From: Terracidiphilus sp.
GTDB taxonomy: Bacteria; Acidobacteriota; Terriglobia; Terriglobales; Acidobacteriaceae
Direction: 5' to 3'
Assembly: GCA_049515155.1 (NCBI GenBank)
Contig: JBEKUK010000004.1
Coordinates: 24,032-88,031, forward strand
Length of the DNA: 64,000 nucleotides
Under the pieces are notes generated by a model, which did not search any database, had not been told where the DNA came from, and saw only the letters and a list, made by a program, of their open reading frames with translations. This document shows positions 19,384 to 28,405 of the stretch, piece after piece; within the stretch, counting starts at the first letter, position 1; each line of letters begins with the position of its first letter. A program made the position numbers and the translations under genes.

Positions 19384-20814
19384 ATGTCGAATCCAGTTTT
19401 AATCTGCGTGATCGGATCCGGGTATGTTGGCCTGGTTGCCGCCGTCTGCTTTGCAGAGATGGGCCACTCGGTCATCTGCGTGGATAACGACGAAGCCAAG
19501 GTCAAAATGCTCCGCGAAGGCGGCGTTCCGATTTTTGAAGACCAGCTTCCAGAGTTGCTTGCGCGCCATCGTGGCCATGGCGTCCAGTTCACGAACGATC
19601 TGTCCTTCGCTGTGCACAAATGCGAAGCTGTCTTCATTGCCGTAGGAACGCCGCAGGGCGACGCCGGCGCGGCTGACCTGTCCTATGTTGAGGCCGTGGT
19701 CTCTGAGATTGCCCGCCACATTCACTCCTACAAAGTGATCGTGGAGAAGAGCACGGTTCCGGTCTACACGAACGAGTGGATTCAGCGCGTGCTGCATCGC
19801 CACGGCGTGGATCCGAAAAGCTTTGACGTTGTGTCGAACCCTGAATTTCTGCGCGAAGGCACGGCCATCTCCGATTTTCTGCACCCGGACCGCATTGTCG
19901 TGGGCGCCAACTCCGATCGCGCCGCCGAGTTGCTGCGCCGGATCTACGAGCCGCTGAGCTCGGGCAGCTACTACGAGAAGCCCGGAGCGCTGGCAGGCGT
20001 ATGCAGCGCGAAGAACCCGGCGAAGATCGTGATCACCTCAGCCCAGAGCGCCGAAATCATCAAGCATGCTTCGAACGCCTTCCTGGCGCTGAAAATTTCA
20101 TTCATCAACGCGGTCGCGAATCTTGCCGAGGCCGTTGACGCGGACATCGAACACATTGCCGAAGGCATGGGTCTCGACAGTCGCATTGGACCGAAATTCC
20201 TGCGCGCCGGCCTCGGCTACGGCGGAAGCTGCTTCCCTAAAGATGTGGCCGCGTTTCACTGGGTGGCTCAGCAGCATGGCGTCAACTTCCAATTGCTCGA
20301 GGAGATTCGCAAGATCAATGAAACGCAGCGCGATATTTTCTTCAACAAGGTTCTCTCGGCTTTGTGGACACTGCGTGGCAAAAAGCTCGCCGCGCTGGGC
20401 CTGTCATTCAAGGGAGACACGGACGACATTCGCGACTCGCCGGCAATCGCGGTGATCCGCAAGCTCCTCGAGGCAGGCGCCACGATTACAGCCTTCGATC
20501 CCGCGGCCAACGAGCGCGCCATGGCTGTGCTTCCCGCATCAGACAAGATGCACTACGCCACGGGAATCTACGAAGCCGCCAAAGAGGCCGATGCCGTGTT
20601 GATTCTGACCGACTGGAAGCAGTTTGCACAGCTCGACCTGGTGAAGCTGAATCAGGTAGTCAAATTCCCCATCGTGATCGACGGCCGCAATCTCTACAAG
20701 CCGGAACGGATGCAGGAGCACGGCTTTACGTACGTGAGTGTGGGCCGCCCGCCCCAGTATCATGCGCAGCAGGGGAAGCCGCGCAGTGTACGGGCGGTGG
20801 GTGTGCCGGGCTAA
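19384..20814 (+). CDS. ugd: UDP-glucose 6-dehydrogenase
   Basis: ICVIGSGYVGLVAAVCFAEMGHSVICVD Rossmann motif; GYGGSCFPKDV catalytic Cys motif; full length of 476 aa. Confidence 0.93.
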   Translation: MSNPVLICVIGSGYVGLVAAVCFAEMGHSVICVDNDEAKVKMLREGGVPIFEDQLPELLARHRGHGVQFTNDLSFAVHKCEAVFIAVGTPQGDAGAADLSYVEAVVSEIARHIHSYKVIVEKSTVPVYTNEWIQRVLHRHGVDPKSFDVVSNPEFLREGTAISDFLHPDRIVVGANSDRAAELLRRIYEPLSSGSYYEKPGALAGVCSAKNPAKIVITSAQSAEIIKHASNAFLALKISFINAVANLAEAVDADIEHIAEGMGLDSRIGPKFLRAGLGYGGSCFPKDVAAFHWVAQQHGVNFQLLEEIRKINETQRDIFFNKVLSALWTLRGKKLAALGLSFKGDTDDIRDSPAIAVIRKLLEAGATITAFDPAANERAMAVLPASDKMHYATGIYEAAKEADAVLILTDWKQFAQLDLVKLNQVVKFPIVIDGRNLYKPERMQEHGFTYVSVGRPPQYHAQQGKPRSVRAVGVPG

Positions 20815-20860
20815 GCAGTTGGCGGCAGTTTTTTCATTTCATATTTTGGAAGATTGAGGG

Positions 20861-21808
20861 ATGCGCATGCACGTTCTGGTTACCGGTGCGGCCGGCTTTT
20901 TGGGCTCACACCTTACTGACCGGCTCTTGTCGGAGGGACACTCTGTTCTCGGAGTCGACAATCTCGCCACCGGCGATAGGGAGAATCTTGCTCATCTTGC
21001 ACACGAGCCGCGCTTCCGGTTTGAAGAGCGGGATATTTGCGAAGCTTTCGATCCGGGCTCCGTCGATTACGTTTTTAATTTCGCATCTCCCGCCAGCCCG
21101 CCGGAATATCTTCGCTTGGCCATTGAGACCTTGCGCGTAGGGTCGGTGGGAACAGAGAACGCACTCGAAATCGCGCACAAATACGGCGCGGGATTTCTGC
21201 ATGCGTCGACTTCGGAGTGCTACGGCGACCCGCTCGTGCATCCGCAGACCGAAGAGTACTGGGGCAACGTGAATCCGGTCGGCCCGCGCTCCGTGTATGA
21301 CGAGGCCAAGCGTTATGCCGAGGCGCTGGTGATGGCCTATCACCGCTCGCGCGGCGTCAATACGCACCTGGTCCGCATCTTCAACACCTATGGGCCGCGC
21401 CTCCACCCCAGCGACGGCCGCGTGATTTCAAACTTCATGATGCAGGCGCTCGAAGGCGAGCCGCTCACCATTTACGGCAATGGAAAGCAGACACGCAGTT
21501 TCTGTTACGTCGACGATTTGATCGAAGGCATTCTGCGCCTCTCGCGCTCCGATGAGCATTTGCCGGTCAACATCGGCAATCCGGATGAATTCACGATTCT
21601 GGAATGCGCGCAAGCCGTCCTCGAAGTGACTGGATCGCGCAGCGAGCTAGTGTTCAAACCGCTATCTGAAGACGATCCGACCCGTCGCAAGCCCAACATT
21701 GCCAAGGCCCGCACCCTGCTCGGCTGGGAACCCCGCATCCCGCTGCGCGAAGGCCTTGCCAAATCCCTGCCTTACTTCCAAAGCAAATTACAAGTTCGGC
21801 AATCGTAG
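20861..21808 (+). CDS. uxs: UDP-glucuronate decarboxylase (UDP-xylose synthase), SDR family
   Basis: [23 protein letters not shown] and YDEAKR (YxxxK). Sits immediately downstream of ugd. Confidence 0.9.
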   Translation: MRMHVLVTGAAGFLGSHLTDRLLSEGHSVLGVDNLATGDRENLAHLAHEPRFRFEERDICEAFDPGSVDYVFNFASPASPPEYLRLAIETLRVGSVGTENALEIAHKYGAGFLHASTSECYGDPLVHPQTEEYWGNVNPVGPRSVYDEAKRYAEALVMAYHRSRGVNTHLVRIFNTYGPRLHPSDGRVISNFMMQALEGEPLTIYGNGKQTRSFCYVDDLIEGILRLSRSDEHLPVNIGNPDEFTILECAQAVLEVTGSRSELVFKPLSEDDPTRRKPNIAKARTLLGWEPRIPLREGLAKSLPYFQSKLQVRQS

Positions 21809-22037
21809 AGGCTCCCGCCATTACCCGAACGTGCGACGCAGCCCTGTGCCTGCGGCCGCCGCGCCGCCAGTTGTCGACTTTGCCTCCCGATGTGTAGAGT
21901 TCTATGCGGGCTTTGCCGGAAGCATTTCCGAATCGCGAAGAACGAGCCAAAGCGATTTTCTTCGGCAGTGGGGCAGCCTGGGTGCGTGGTTGTACGTCGA
22001 TCTATTCAGAGACCCCAGGCTGGAATGGTGAGGTGTA

Positions 22038-25000
22038 ATGCGCAGGCTGATTCTTCTCGGGCTGATGGCCTTTTTGGTGCTGCCCGCCGAGGCCGCCAAA
22101 CGCATCACCGTGCAGCAACTGGAACAGGCCCTCGCGGAAGAAACAGCGTCTCATCGCGCCGATGCCGAAGTCGTCCATCGGCTGGCTGAGGTTGAACTCT
22201 CGCAGCGCCTGACCGATGAGACCCTGGATCGCTTTGTGCGTAAACTCCCGCTGGGGCCAAGAACCGCTCTGGCGCTGGAGATGCTTGCCGACCAATCGGC
22301 ATTTCTTGACCCGCCGCCCAGCGAGTTGCCGGCCACGGAAAACCCCGACACCGCCACCCAGCAGCGCATGATGGACATGGCGCGCGGCTATGTGGTGAGC
22401 ATCTGGCCGCATCTGCCGGACTTCTTTGTCAGCCGGACTACGGCGCGTTTCAACGATGCGCCCCAGGTGGTGCACGAGGGCGACTGGCCGGTTCGCCTGG
22501 GCCTGCACCTGGTGGGCACAGCCACGCGCAACGTCACTTATCGCGATGGAAAAGAGACGCAGGATCAGGCAACGGAAACCGCTGCATCCGGCGCCACGAC
22601 GGCCGTTCCCGCCGAGCAGCAGGAACGCGGCATGGCGGCGTGGGGAACCTTCGGCCCTGAACTGACAATCGTACTCACGGATACGGCCAAAGGCACGGTG
22701 AAGTGGAGCCATTGGGAACGCAGCGCCAACGGACTGTCCGCCGTGTACAGCTACTCCGTGCCCAAGGCGGCATCGCGCTTTGAGGTGAGCTATTGCTGCC
22801 TTCGCGAAGACGCGCCCAGCCAGCGGCGCGAGTTGCGCTACGGCGGGCCAGGCCGCGCTCAACAAACGGGAGTTGCTACCGCGCCGGCCACGGCCAAAGT
22901 CTTTCGCGCGACGCCCGGCTACCACGGTGAAATCGCAGTTGACCCCAATACGGGCGCGATTCTTCGCGTGACCCTCGAGGCTGAGTTGAAGAACGACGAC
23001 CCCATTACCCGCGCGGCCACAGTCGTCGATTATGGCCCGGTCATGATCGGGGATCGGAAGTACATTTTTCCGACGCGCAGCCTTGCGTTTTCGATGGAGC
23101 AACCGGCTCAGAACGGAAAGAGCCAGGACACGCCCGTTCTGCTGATCAACCAGACCCAGTTCACGCACTATCACCGCCTGGGAAGCAGCATTCGTCTGCT
23201 GACGAATGAGGCCGCCGCCGAAGCCGGCGCGAGCGGAACTCCGGCCACGGACAGTTCCACTGCGACAAATTCCGCTCCGGCCACCCAGTCGCCCGTAGCT
23301 GCGTCCACCGGGGCGCCAGCCGAAACAACCGCGACACCACCGCCCACGACCACCGCCGCAGCCGCGCCTGTTGCGCCGGAGCCACCAATGGCCGCGCCCG
23401 CTCCTCATGCCGATGCTGCCGGCACTGAAATGAGCATTACGGCCGCTGCCGGAGTTCCGGACGATTCCGCCAACCCGGTCAACCCGTCGGCAGGCGACTT
23501 CCAACTCAAAGTGACTTCCCGCCTGGTCGACGTGGGCGTGGTGGTAAACGACAAGAAAGGTCATCCGATCACAGATCTGAAGGCTGAGGATTTTGAGATC
23601 TACGACAACGGCCGCAAGCAGGAGCTTCGTTTCTTCAACGAATTCTCCAGCAACCCGGCCGCTCCGGTTGCGGATACAAAGCCGGATCGCAGTTTCACCA
23701 ACCGCGCGCCCGACGCAACGTCCACCGCGTCCACGGGAGCGGGTGCCACCGTCGTGTTAATTGACGAGTCGCACATCGCCTGGCCTGACATGGCTCATGC
23801 GCGTCAGGAGATTCTGCGCTTTATCGCGACGCTCGCACCCAGCGAACGTGTGGGCATTTATACCATGACCGCTCTCGGCTTCCGCGTGCTTCAGGAAATC
23901 ACCACCGATCACGCCGCGCTGACAGCGAAGCTGAATGCGTGGATGCCGACGGCACGGTCCGCCTCGCTTGCGCAGGAAGAGGAAACACGCAATCGCCAGT
24001 CGTTCAACGAAGTGCACTCGACGGCGGATCTGAATTCAGTGAACGGAAACTTTAACGACGTGCCCGATGCGCAGCAAACCGTCGATCCCATCCTGCGCAC
24101 TATGGGCAGCAATCCCGGCCGCGCTTCGCTCATCATTTTGCGCATGGTGGCGCGCCATCTCTCGGCTGTCCCCGGACACAAGAATCTCGTCTGGGTTTCT
24201 TCCGACAATGTCTTTGCCGACTGGCGCAGCAACCAGGTTGCCATCGATAAGAGCCCCAAGGAAGTCGACTCCTTCGCCATGCACGCGCAGGAAGCGATGA
24301 ACGACGCACATGCGGCCGTCTACCCCATGGACGTCTCCCAACTCGAGGCGCAGACCGTTTCGGCCGATATTCGCACGCGCAATGTGGAACTGACGCAAGC
24401 CGCCGCGGATACGGCAAGCTTGAACGGTGGTTCGTCCACCGGCACTCTGGCGCCGGGGCGCATTACGGCGGAGATGCAGCAGGACATGCACCCCATACAG
24501 GGACCGGTCCGCATGGTGGCCGATGCCACGGGAGGCCGCGTGATTCGCCGCGCCGGCGACCTGGCTGCCGCGCTGAATGGAATCGTCGAAGATGGCCACG
24601 CCACGTACATGGTCAGCTTTTCTCCGCGCGATGCGGCCGACGATCAGTACCACACCATTACGGTCAAGCTCGCGGGCAAGCACAAAGACGTTTCTCTGCG
24701 TTATCGAACGGGATATCTTTACGCGAAGGAACCAGTCTCTCTCAAAGACCGCTTCCAGCAGGCTGTTTGGCGGCCCGTGGATGTGGGCGAGATTGCCGTC
24801 ACGGCCGATACCGCCCCGGCTGCATCGCACGCCGAACTCAAGCTTGGCATCACGGCCGCGGATCTGGGTCTCCGCCAGCAGGCGGGCCTCTGGATGGATA
24901 AGCTCGACATCTTCTTCATCCAGCGCGACGATGCTGGGATCAAAGCACAGGTGGAGGGACAAACCCTGGGGTTGCGCCTGAAGCCGGCGACGTACCAAAG

Positions 25001-25145
25001 CCTCCTCTCCTCCGGCATTCCCTTCGAACATGAGGTGTCGATGCAGAAAGGCATGGGCTCGCTGCGGGTTCTGGTTGTGGACGAGAACTCGGGCCGCATG
25101 GGGTCGGTAACCATCCCGGCCAACGCCCTGGAGGCCGCAAAATGA
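22038..25145 (+). CDS. Secreted 1035-aa protein: unassigned N-terminal module plus a VWFA-related acidobacterial-type domain
   Basis: Signal peptide MRRLILLGLMAFLVLPAEA. The N module is paralogous to the next two genes. An A/P/T-rich linker follows, then FQLKVTSRLVDVGVVVNDKKGHPITDLKAEDFEIYDNGRKQELRFF...VVLIDES. From memory this resembles TIGR03436-type VWFA-related domains. Confidence 0.85.
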   Translation: MRRLILLGLMAFLVLPAEAAKRITVQQLEQALAEETASHRADAEVVHRLAEVELSQRLTDETLDRFVRKLPLGPRTALALEMLADQSAFLDPPPSELPATENPDTATQQRMMDMARGYVVSIWPHLPDFFVSRTTARFNDAPQVVHEGDWPVRLGLHLVGTATRNVTYRDGKETQDQATETAASGATTAVPAEQQERGMAAWGTFGPELTIVLTDTAKGTVKWSHWERSANGLSAVYSYSVPKAASRFEVSYCCLREDAPSQRRELRYGGPGRAQQTGVATAPATAKVFRATPGYHGEIAVDPNTGAILRVTLEAELKNDDPITRAATVVDYGPVMIGDRKYIFPTRSLAFSMEQPAQNGKSQDTPVLLINQTQFTHYHRLGSSIRLLTNEAAAEAGASGTPATDSSTATNSAPATQSPVAASTGAPAETTATPPPTTTAAAAPVAPEPPMAAPAPHADAAGTEMSITAAAGVPDDSANPVNPSAGDFQLKVTSRLVDVGVVVNDKKGHPITDLKAEDFEIYDNGRKQELRFFNEFSSNPAAPVADTKPDRSFTNRAPDATSTASTGAGATVVLIDESHIAWPDMAHARQEILRFIATLAPSERVGIYTMTALGFRVLQEITTDHAALTAKLNAWMPTARSASLAQEEETRNRQSFNEVHSTADLNSVNGNFNDVPDAQQTVDPILRTMGSNPGRASLIILRMVARHLSAVPGHKNLVWVSSDNVFADWRSNQVAIDKSPKEVDSFAMHAQEAMNDAHAAVYPMDVSQLEAQTVSADIRTRNVELTQAAADTASLNGGSSTGTLAPGRITAEMQQDMHPIQGPVRMVADATGGRVIRRAGDLAAALNGIVEDGHATYMVSFSPRDAADDQYHTITVKLAGKHKDVSLRYRTGYLYAKEPVSLKDRFQQAVWRPVDVGEIAVTADTAPAASHAELKLGITAADLGLRQQAGLWMDKLDIFFIQRDDAGIKAQVEGQTLGLRLKPATYQSLLSSGIPFEHEVSMQKGMGSLRVLVVDENSGRMGSVTIPANALEAAK

Positions 25146-25294
25146 GGCCAGGATTGCGAGGACCGGATGGGGTACCGAAGTTTTTCCGGGAAGAGTAGAA
25201 TCAGGCCGACTCAGCGTCGACATAAACGCCGTAACCGGCACTTTTTTCCAAAGTCCAATGGACGTTCTGGCGTCAACTTAAGAGGAGTAAGAAG

Positions 25295-26482
25295 ATGAAA
25301 CGGATGGGATGGATTCTCGTTCTTCTCATGGCGGCTTCGCCCGCCTGGGCAGCCAAAAACATCACAGTGCAACAGCTCAAAGATTTGCTTACAGCCGATC
25401 AGCAGGCCAAGAAGGCCGATGCCGAAGTGGCCAATGAACTAAAAGAAGTGGCACTCACCGAGGAACTGACCACAACGGTCATGAACAGCCTGAGTTCGGT
25501 CCTGCCGGGTCAGGCCACGCTCGAACAGATTTACGTGCTCGAGGCCAAGAGCGCTATTCTCGCGCCGCCCGCCTCTGACATTCCAACCACGGCGGCGCCC
25601 GATGCGGCTGGGCAAAAGGCCATCCTCGACAAGGCCATGGATTATGCCTCCAAGACCTACGCGGCTTTGCCCACGGTGACGGCTACCAAAACCACCATCC
25701 GTTTCCAGGATAATGTTTCCGCGATGGCCGCAAGTTCAGGTATGCACTCGGGCGCCACCGGCGACTCATCCACCGACCCCAATCTCGCCGGCGGAACGCA
25801 ATTCATCCACTACATCAATACTAGCCAGACGCCGGTCAACATCCATAGCGGAATTGAGGACAATCCGCTTGTGAAAGACAAAACGCGCTGGGGAGCCAAT
25901 GGCTATATCGCGCTGCTTGGCCAGGGGCCAATTTTGAGCACGGTGCTGCAGGAAGCGAATGCGGCCGGAAAGTTCACGTTCGTTCGCTGGGAAACGGTCA
26001 CGGGCAAGAACACCGCCGTATTCTCCTACTCAGTCGATAAGAAAAAATCGCACTACGCGGTGAATTACTGCTGCTTCCCGCAACTCGAGCAGGCTGGCGT
26101 CGCCACGTTCACCTCGGCTTCGGCCGGCAGCGCGAAAGGTTCGGGTGGCGGCGGCGCAAAGGGGAATTTCCAGACCAACACCACCTTCGATAATTACAAG
26201 GCCACCGTCCCTTATCACGGCGAAATCTTTGTCGATCCTGACTCCGGCATCGTTCTGCGCCTTGTTACCATCGCCGAATTCAAGAACTCCGATGTCGTGC
26301 ACGTTGAAGATCAACGCATCGATTTCCTTCCGGTTGACGTCGGCGGCAAATCTCTGGTTCTCCCATCCAAGGCGATCGTCAACACTGAGGTCGTGCCCAA
26401 CGGCGACTCAGGCGGCGGAAAGTTCATCCTTCGCCACACCCTGTTCACATCCGAATACAAGGGCTACCAGGCCGGCAGCTAG
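25295..26482 (+). CDS. Secreted protein, stand-alone copy of the unassigned module (paralogue 2)
   Basis: AGAGGAG RBS; signal peptide ...ASPAWA. Collinear motifs with 22038..25145: AAKNITVQQLKDLL, PPASDIPTTAAPDAAGQKAILDKAMDY, FSYSVDKKKSHYAVNYCCFP and PYHGEIFVDPDSGIVLRL. Confidence 0.8.
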   Translation: MKRMGWILVLLMAASPAWAAKNITVQQLKDLLTADQQAKKADAEVANELKEVALTEELTTTVMNSLSSVLPGQATLEQIYVLEAKSAILAPPASDIPTTAAPDAAGQKAILDKAMDYASKTYAALPTVTATKTTIRFQDNVSAMAASSGMHSGATGDSSTDPNLAGGTQFIHYINTSQTPVNIHSGIEDNPLVKDKTRWGANGYIALLGQGPILSTVLQEANAAGKFTFVRWETVTGKNTAVFSYSVDKKKSHYAVNYCCFPQLEQAGVATFTSASAGSAKGSGGGGAKGNFQTNTTFDNYKATVPYHGEIFVDPDSGIVLRLVTIAEFKNSDVVHVEDQRIDFLPVDVGGKSLVLPSKAIVNTEVVPNGDSGGGKFILRHTLFTSEYKGYQAGS

Positions 26483-26611
26483 CGCGAACGCGCCAAGCTT
26501 CCCGGCGGCTCGAAAGTCAGGGCCGCCGGCAGCGTTTCGGCGATTGAACAACTGAAGCAGCCACCGCCTCTCGCAGAGTTGCGCGCCTCGGGAAGCCGCT
26601 CGAATACGCGA

Positions 26612-26870
26612 GTTTTTTTGTGCGCCAGTTTGCATGCAATTTTGCGTCGTTGGCGCAAAATTCAACTAGCAAGCTTCGGAAAGGGGTGTTGCTGCGCAGT
26701 CATCGCTTCCATAACCGGGCAGAAAGGGGCAACATCGTCCCGTAACCCCTTATCAGTCTAGATTCTGCAAATAACTCCTTTGGAATCTAGAATTTAGACG
26801 GGCTGCTCCGTTCTATCTATCTGAAAACAAAGAAGTTCTTTACAGAAATACCCTTTTTTTCTTTTTTTTG
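26612..26870 (+). repeat. Intergenic element of about 250 bp, copy 1 (inverted partner at 46187..46428)
   Basis: Shares long identical runs with the reverse complement of 46187..46428. These include the 30-mer tctagattctgcaaataactcctttggaat (26757-26786 = rc of 46274-46303), tttgcatgcaattt, gttggcgca and ttctttacagaaa. It ends in a T-rich tract, ccctttttttctttttttt. Confidence 0.78.
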
Positions 26871-27114
26871 AAAACAGAAAGAACGGCTCTTCACAGTCGG
26901 CATTCGAGCAACAGAGAAAATGGGCCTCGCGAAATCCCGCATCGCCAGAAGCGAAACTCCCGCACAATTCTTCGCACGACACTGATCCCAGTCACACCCT
27001 GATTTCCTTTTGACCCGTAGACTTTCGTTAACTGCAGCCTCGATGTGTTGGAATGGCCGGTCGCGAAACCGGATCGCGGATGGAAAGTTTCCGCCAGGTT
27101 GCTGGGAGAAAAAC

Positions 27115-28326
27115 ATGAAACGCTCGTTATGCCTTTTGCTTGCATGTTCTCTGGTCGCGCCGCTGTGGGCAGCGAAGAAAACAACAGTTCAGGAACTGAA
27201 AGACACGCTTGCCGCGCTCAACCAGGAAAAGAAGACCGATGAGGAAGTGGCAACGCGTTTGAAAGACATTGACCTCGGCGAAGAGTTGACCAGCGCAACC
27301 CTCAAGTTGCTTGCTCCTCTCATTCCGGGGCCGCTCTCGCAGGAACAGATGAACATTCTTGAAGGCCGCAGCGCCCTTCTGTCGCCACCAGCATCGGATC
27401 TTCCCACCTCACCTGCGCCCGACGCAGCGATGCAAAAGGCCATCCTCACCAGGGCCACCGACTACGCCAATAAGGTCTATGCGCAGAACCCGCGTTTCAT
27501 GGTGAAAAAAGTCACAGCCCGTTACCAGGACGGCGTACAGGGCATCCGCACCAACTCCGGGATGACTTCGAACGTCGGTCAGGCAGACCGCGCCTGGGAG
27601 CTGCCCAGCATGTACATGCGGTTCTATGGCAGCCATCTGGATGAAGTTGAAACCGATCATGGCGTTGAGAAACGGCCTGTTGAAAAGACGAAGGTGCCGT
27701 GGGGACAAAATGGCCAGGTATCGGAAGGCGGCCCAGGGCCGAATTTGAGCGTCATCCTGCAACAGGCCGAGGACAGTGGCAAGCTGAGCTGGCTCCGCTG
27801 GGAATCGATTGCCGGCAAGCCCTTCGCAGTTTTCTCCTTCGCCATCGATAAGAAAAAGTCGAATTACGTCGTGAACTATTGCTGTTTTCCGGTCACTGGC
27901 GATACGGGCCGCATGGGCTATGAAGGCACCGGAGCCAACTTCCAAACCGCAACCGATTGGAAGGACTTCAAAGCAACCGTTTCCTATCGCGGAGAGCTTT
28001 TCATCGACCCCGATACCGGCGTCATCGTGCGACTGATCACGCAGGCCGGACTGAAGCCGACCGACTTTGTGCACCAGGAAGACATGCGCATCGATTACGC
28101 ACCGCTGGTGATCGACGGAAGGGAACGCATGCTACCAGCCGATAGCTTTACCATCACCGAGGTGGTGCCGAACGGCGACAACTACGCGGCACGCTACTCC
28201 ATTCGCCACACAGTATTCGTTGCCACCTACCAGGACTACCAACTAGCCGACTCGGTAAATCCCGGTAAAATAGCTGGGCCTGGATTCGGCTCGCAAATTC
28301 TACAGAGAGCAGTTTGCGCAACATGA
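27115..28326 (+). CDS. Secreted protein, stand-alone copy of the unassigned module (paralogue 3)
   Basis: ATG at 27115; signal peptide MKRSLCLLLACSLVAPLWA. Motifs AKKTTVQELKDTL, PPASDLPTSPAPDAAMQKAILTRATDY, FSFAIDKKKSNYVVNYCCFP and SYRGELFIDPDTGVIVRL. Confidence 0.8.
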   Translation: MKRSLCLLLACSLVAPLWAAKKTTVQELKDTLAALNQEKKTDEEVATRLKDIDLGEELTSATLKLLAPLIPGPLSQEQMNILEGRSALLSPPASDLPTSPAPDAAMQKAILTRATDYANKVYAQNPRFMVKKVTARYQDGVQGIRTNSGMTSNVGQADRAWELPSMYMRFYGSHLDEVETDHGVEKRPVEKTKVPWGQNGQVSEGGPGPNLSVILQQAEDSGKLSWLRWESIAGKPFAVFSFAIDKKKSNYVVNYCCFPVTGDTGRMGYEGTGANFQTATDWKDFKATVSYRGELFIDPDTGVIVRLITQAGLKPTDFVHQEDMRIDYAPLVIDGRERMLPADSFTITEVVPNGDNYAARYSIRHTVFVATYQDYQLADSVNPGKIAGPGFGSQILQRAVCAT

Positions 28327-28405
28327 CGCGCGTACCCTTCTGCGTAACGGCGACAAGGACTTTTTCCTGTTCCCGAGTCCGATCCTCTGTTAATCTTGGC
28401 GCAAC

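Noticed and set aside
22002-23564. 520-aa ORF on the minus strand
   Set aside because: It is entirely antisense to the well-supported 1035-aa secreted protein. The R/G/A-rich, repetitive composition is typical of shadow ORFs in high-GC DNA, and it has no recognisable motifs.
26645-26665. Sigma-54 promoter inside the 250-bp element (ttggcgcaaaattcaac; ttggcgcacaatcgatc in copy 2)
   Set aside because: A GG is present, but the -12 GC is not at the required spacing in either copy, and there is no TTGC(A/T) element.
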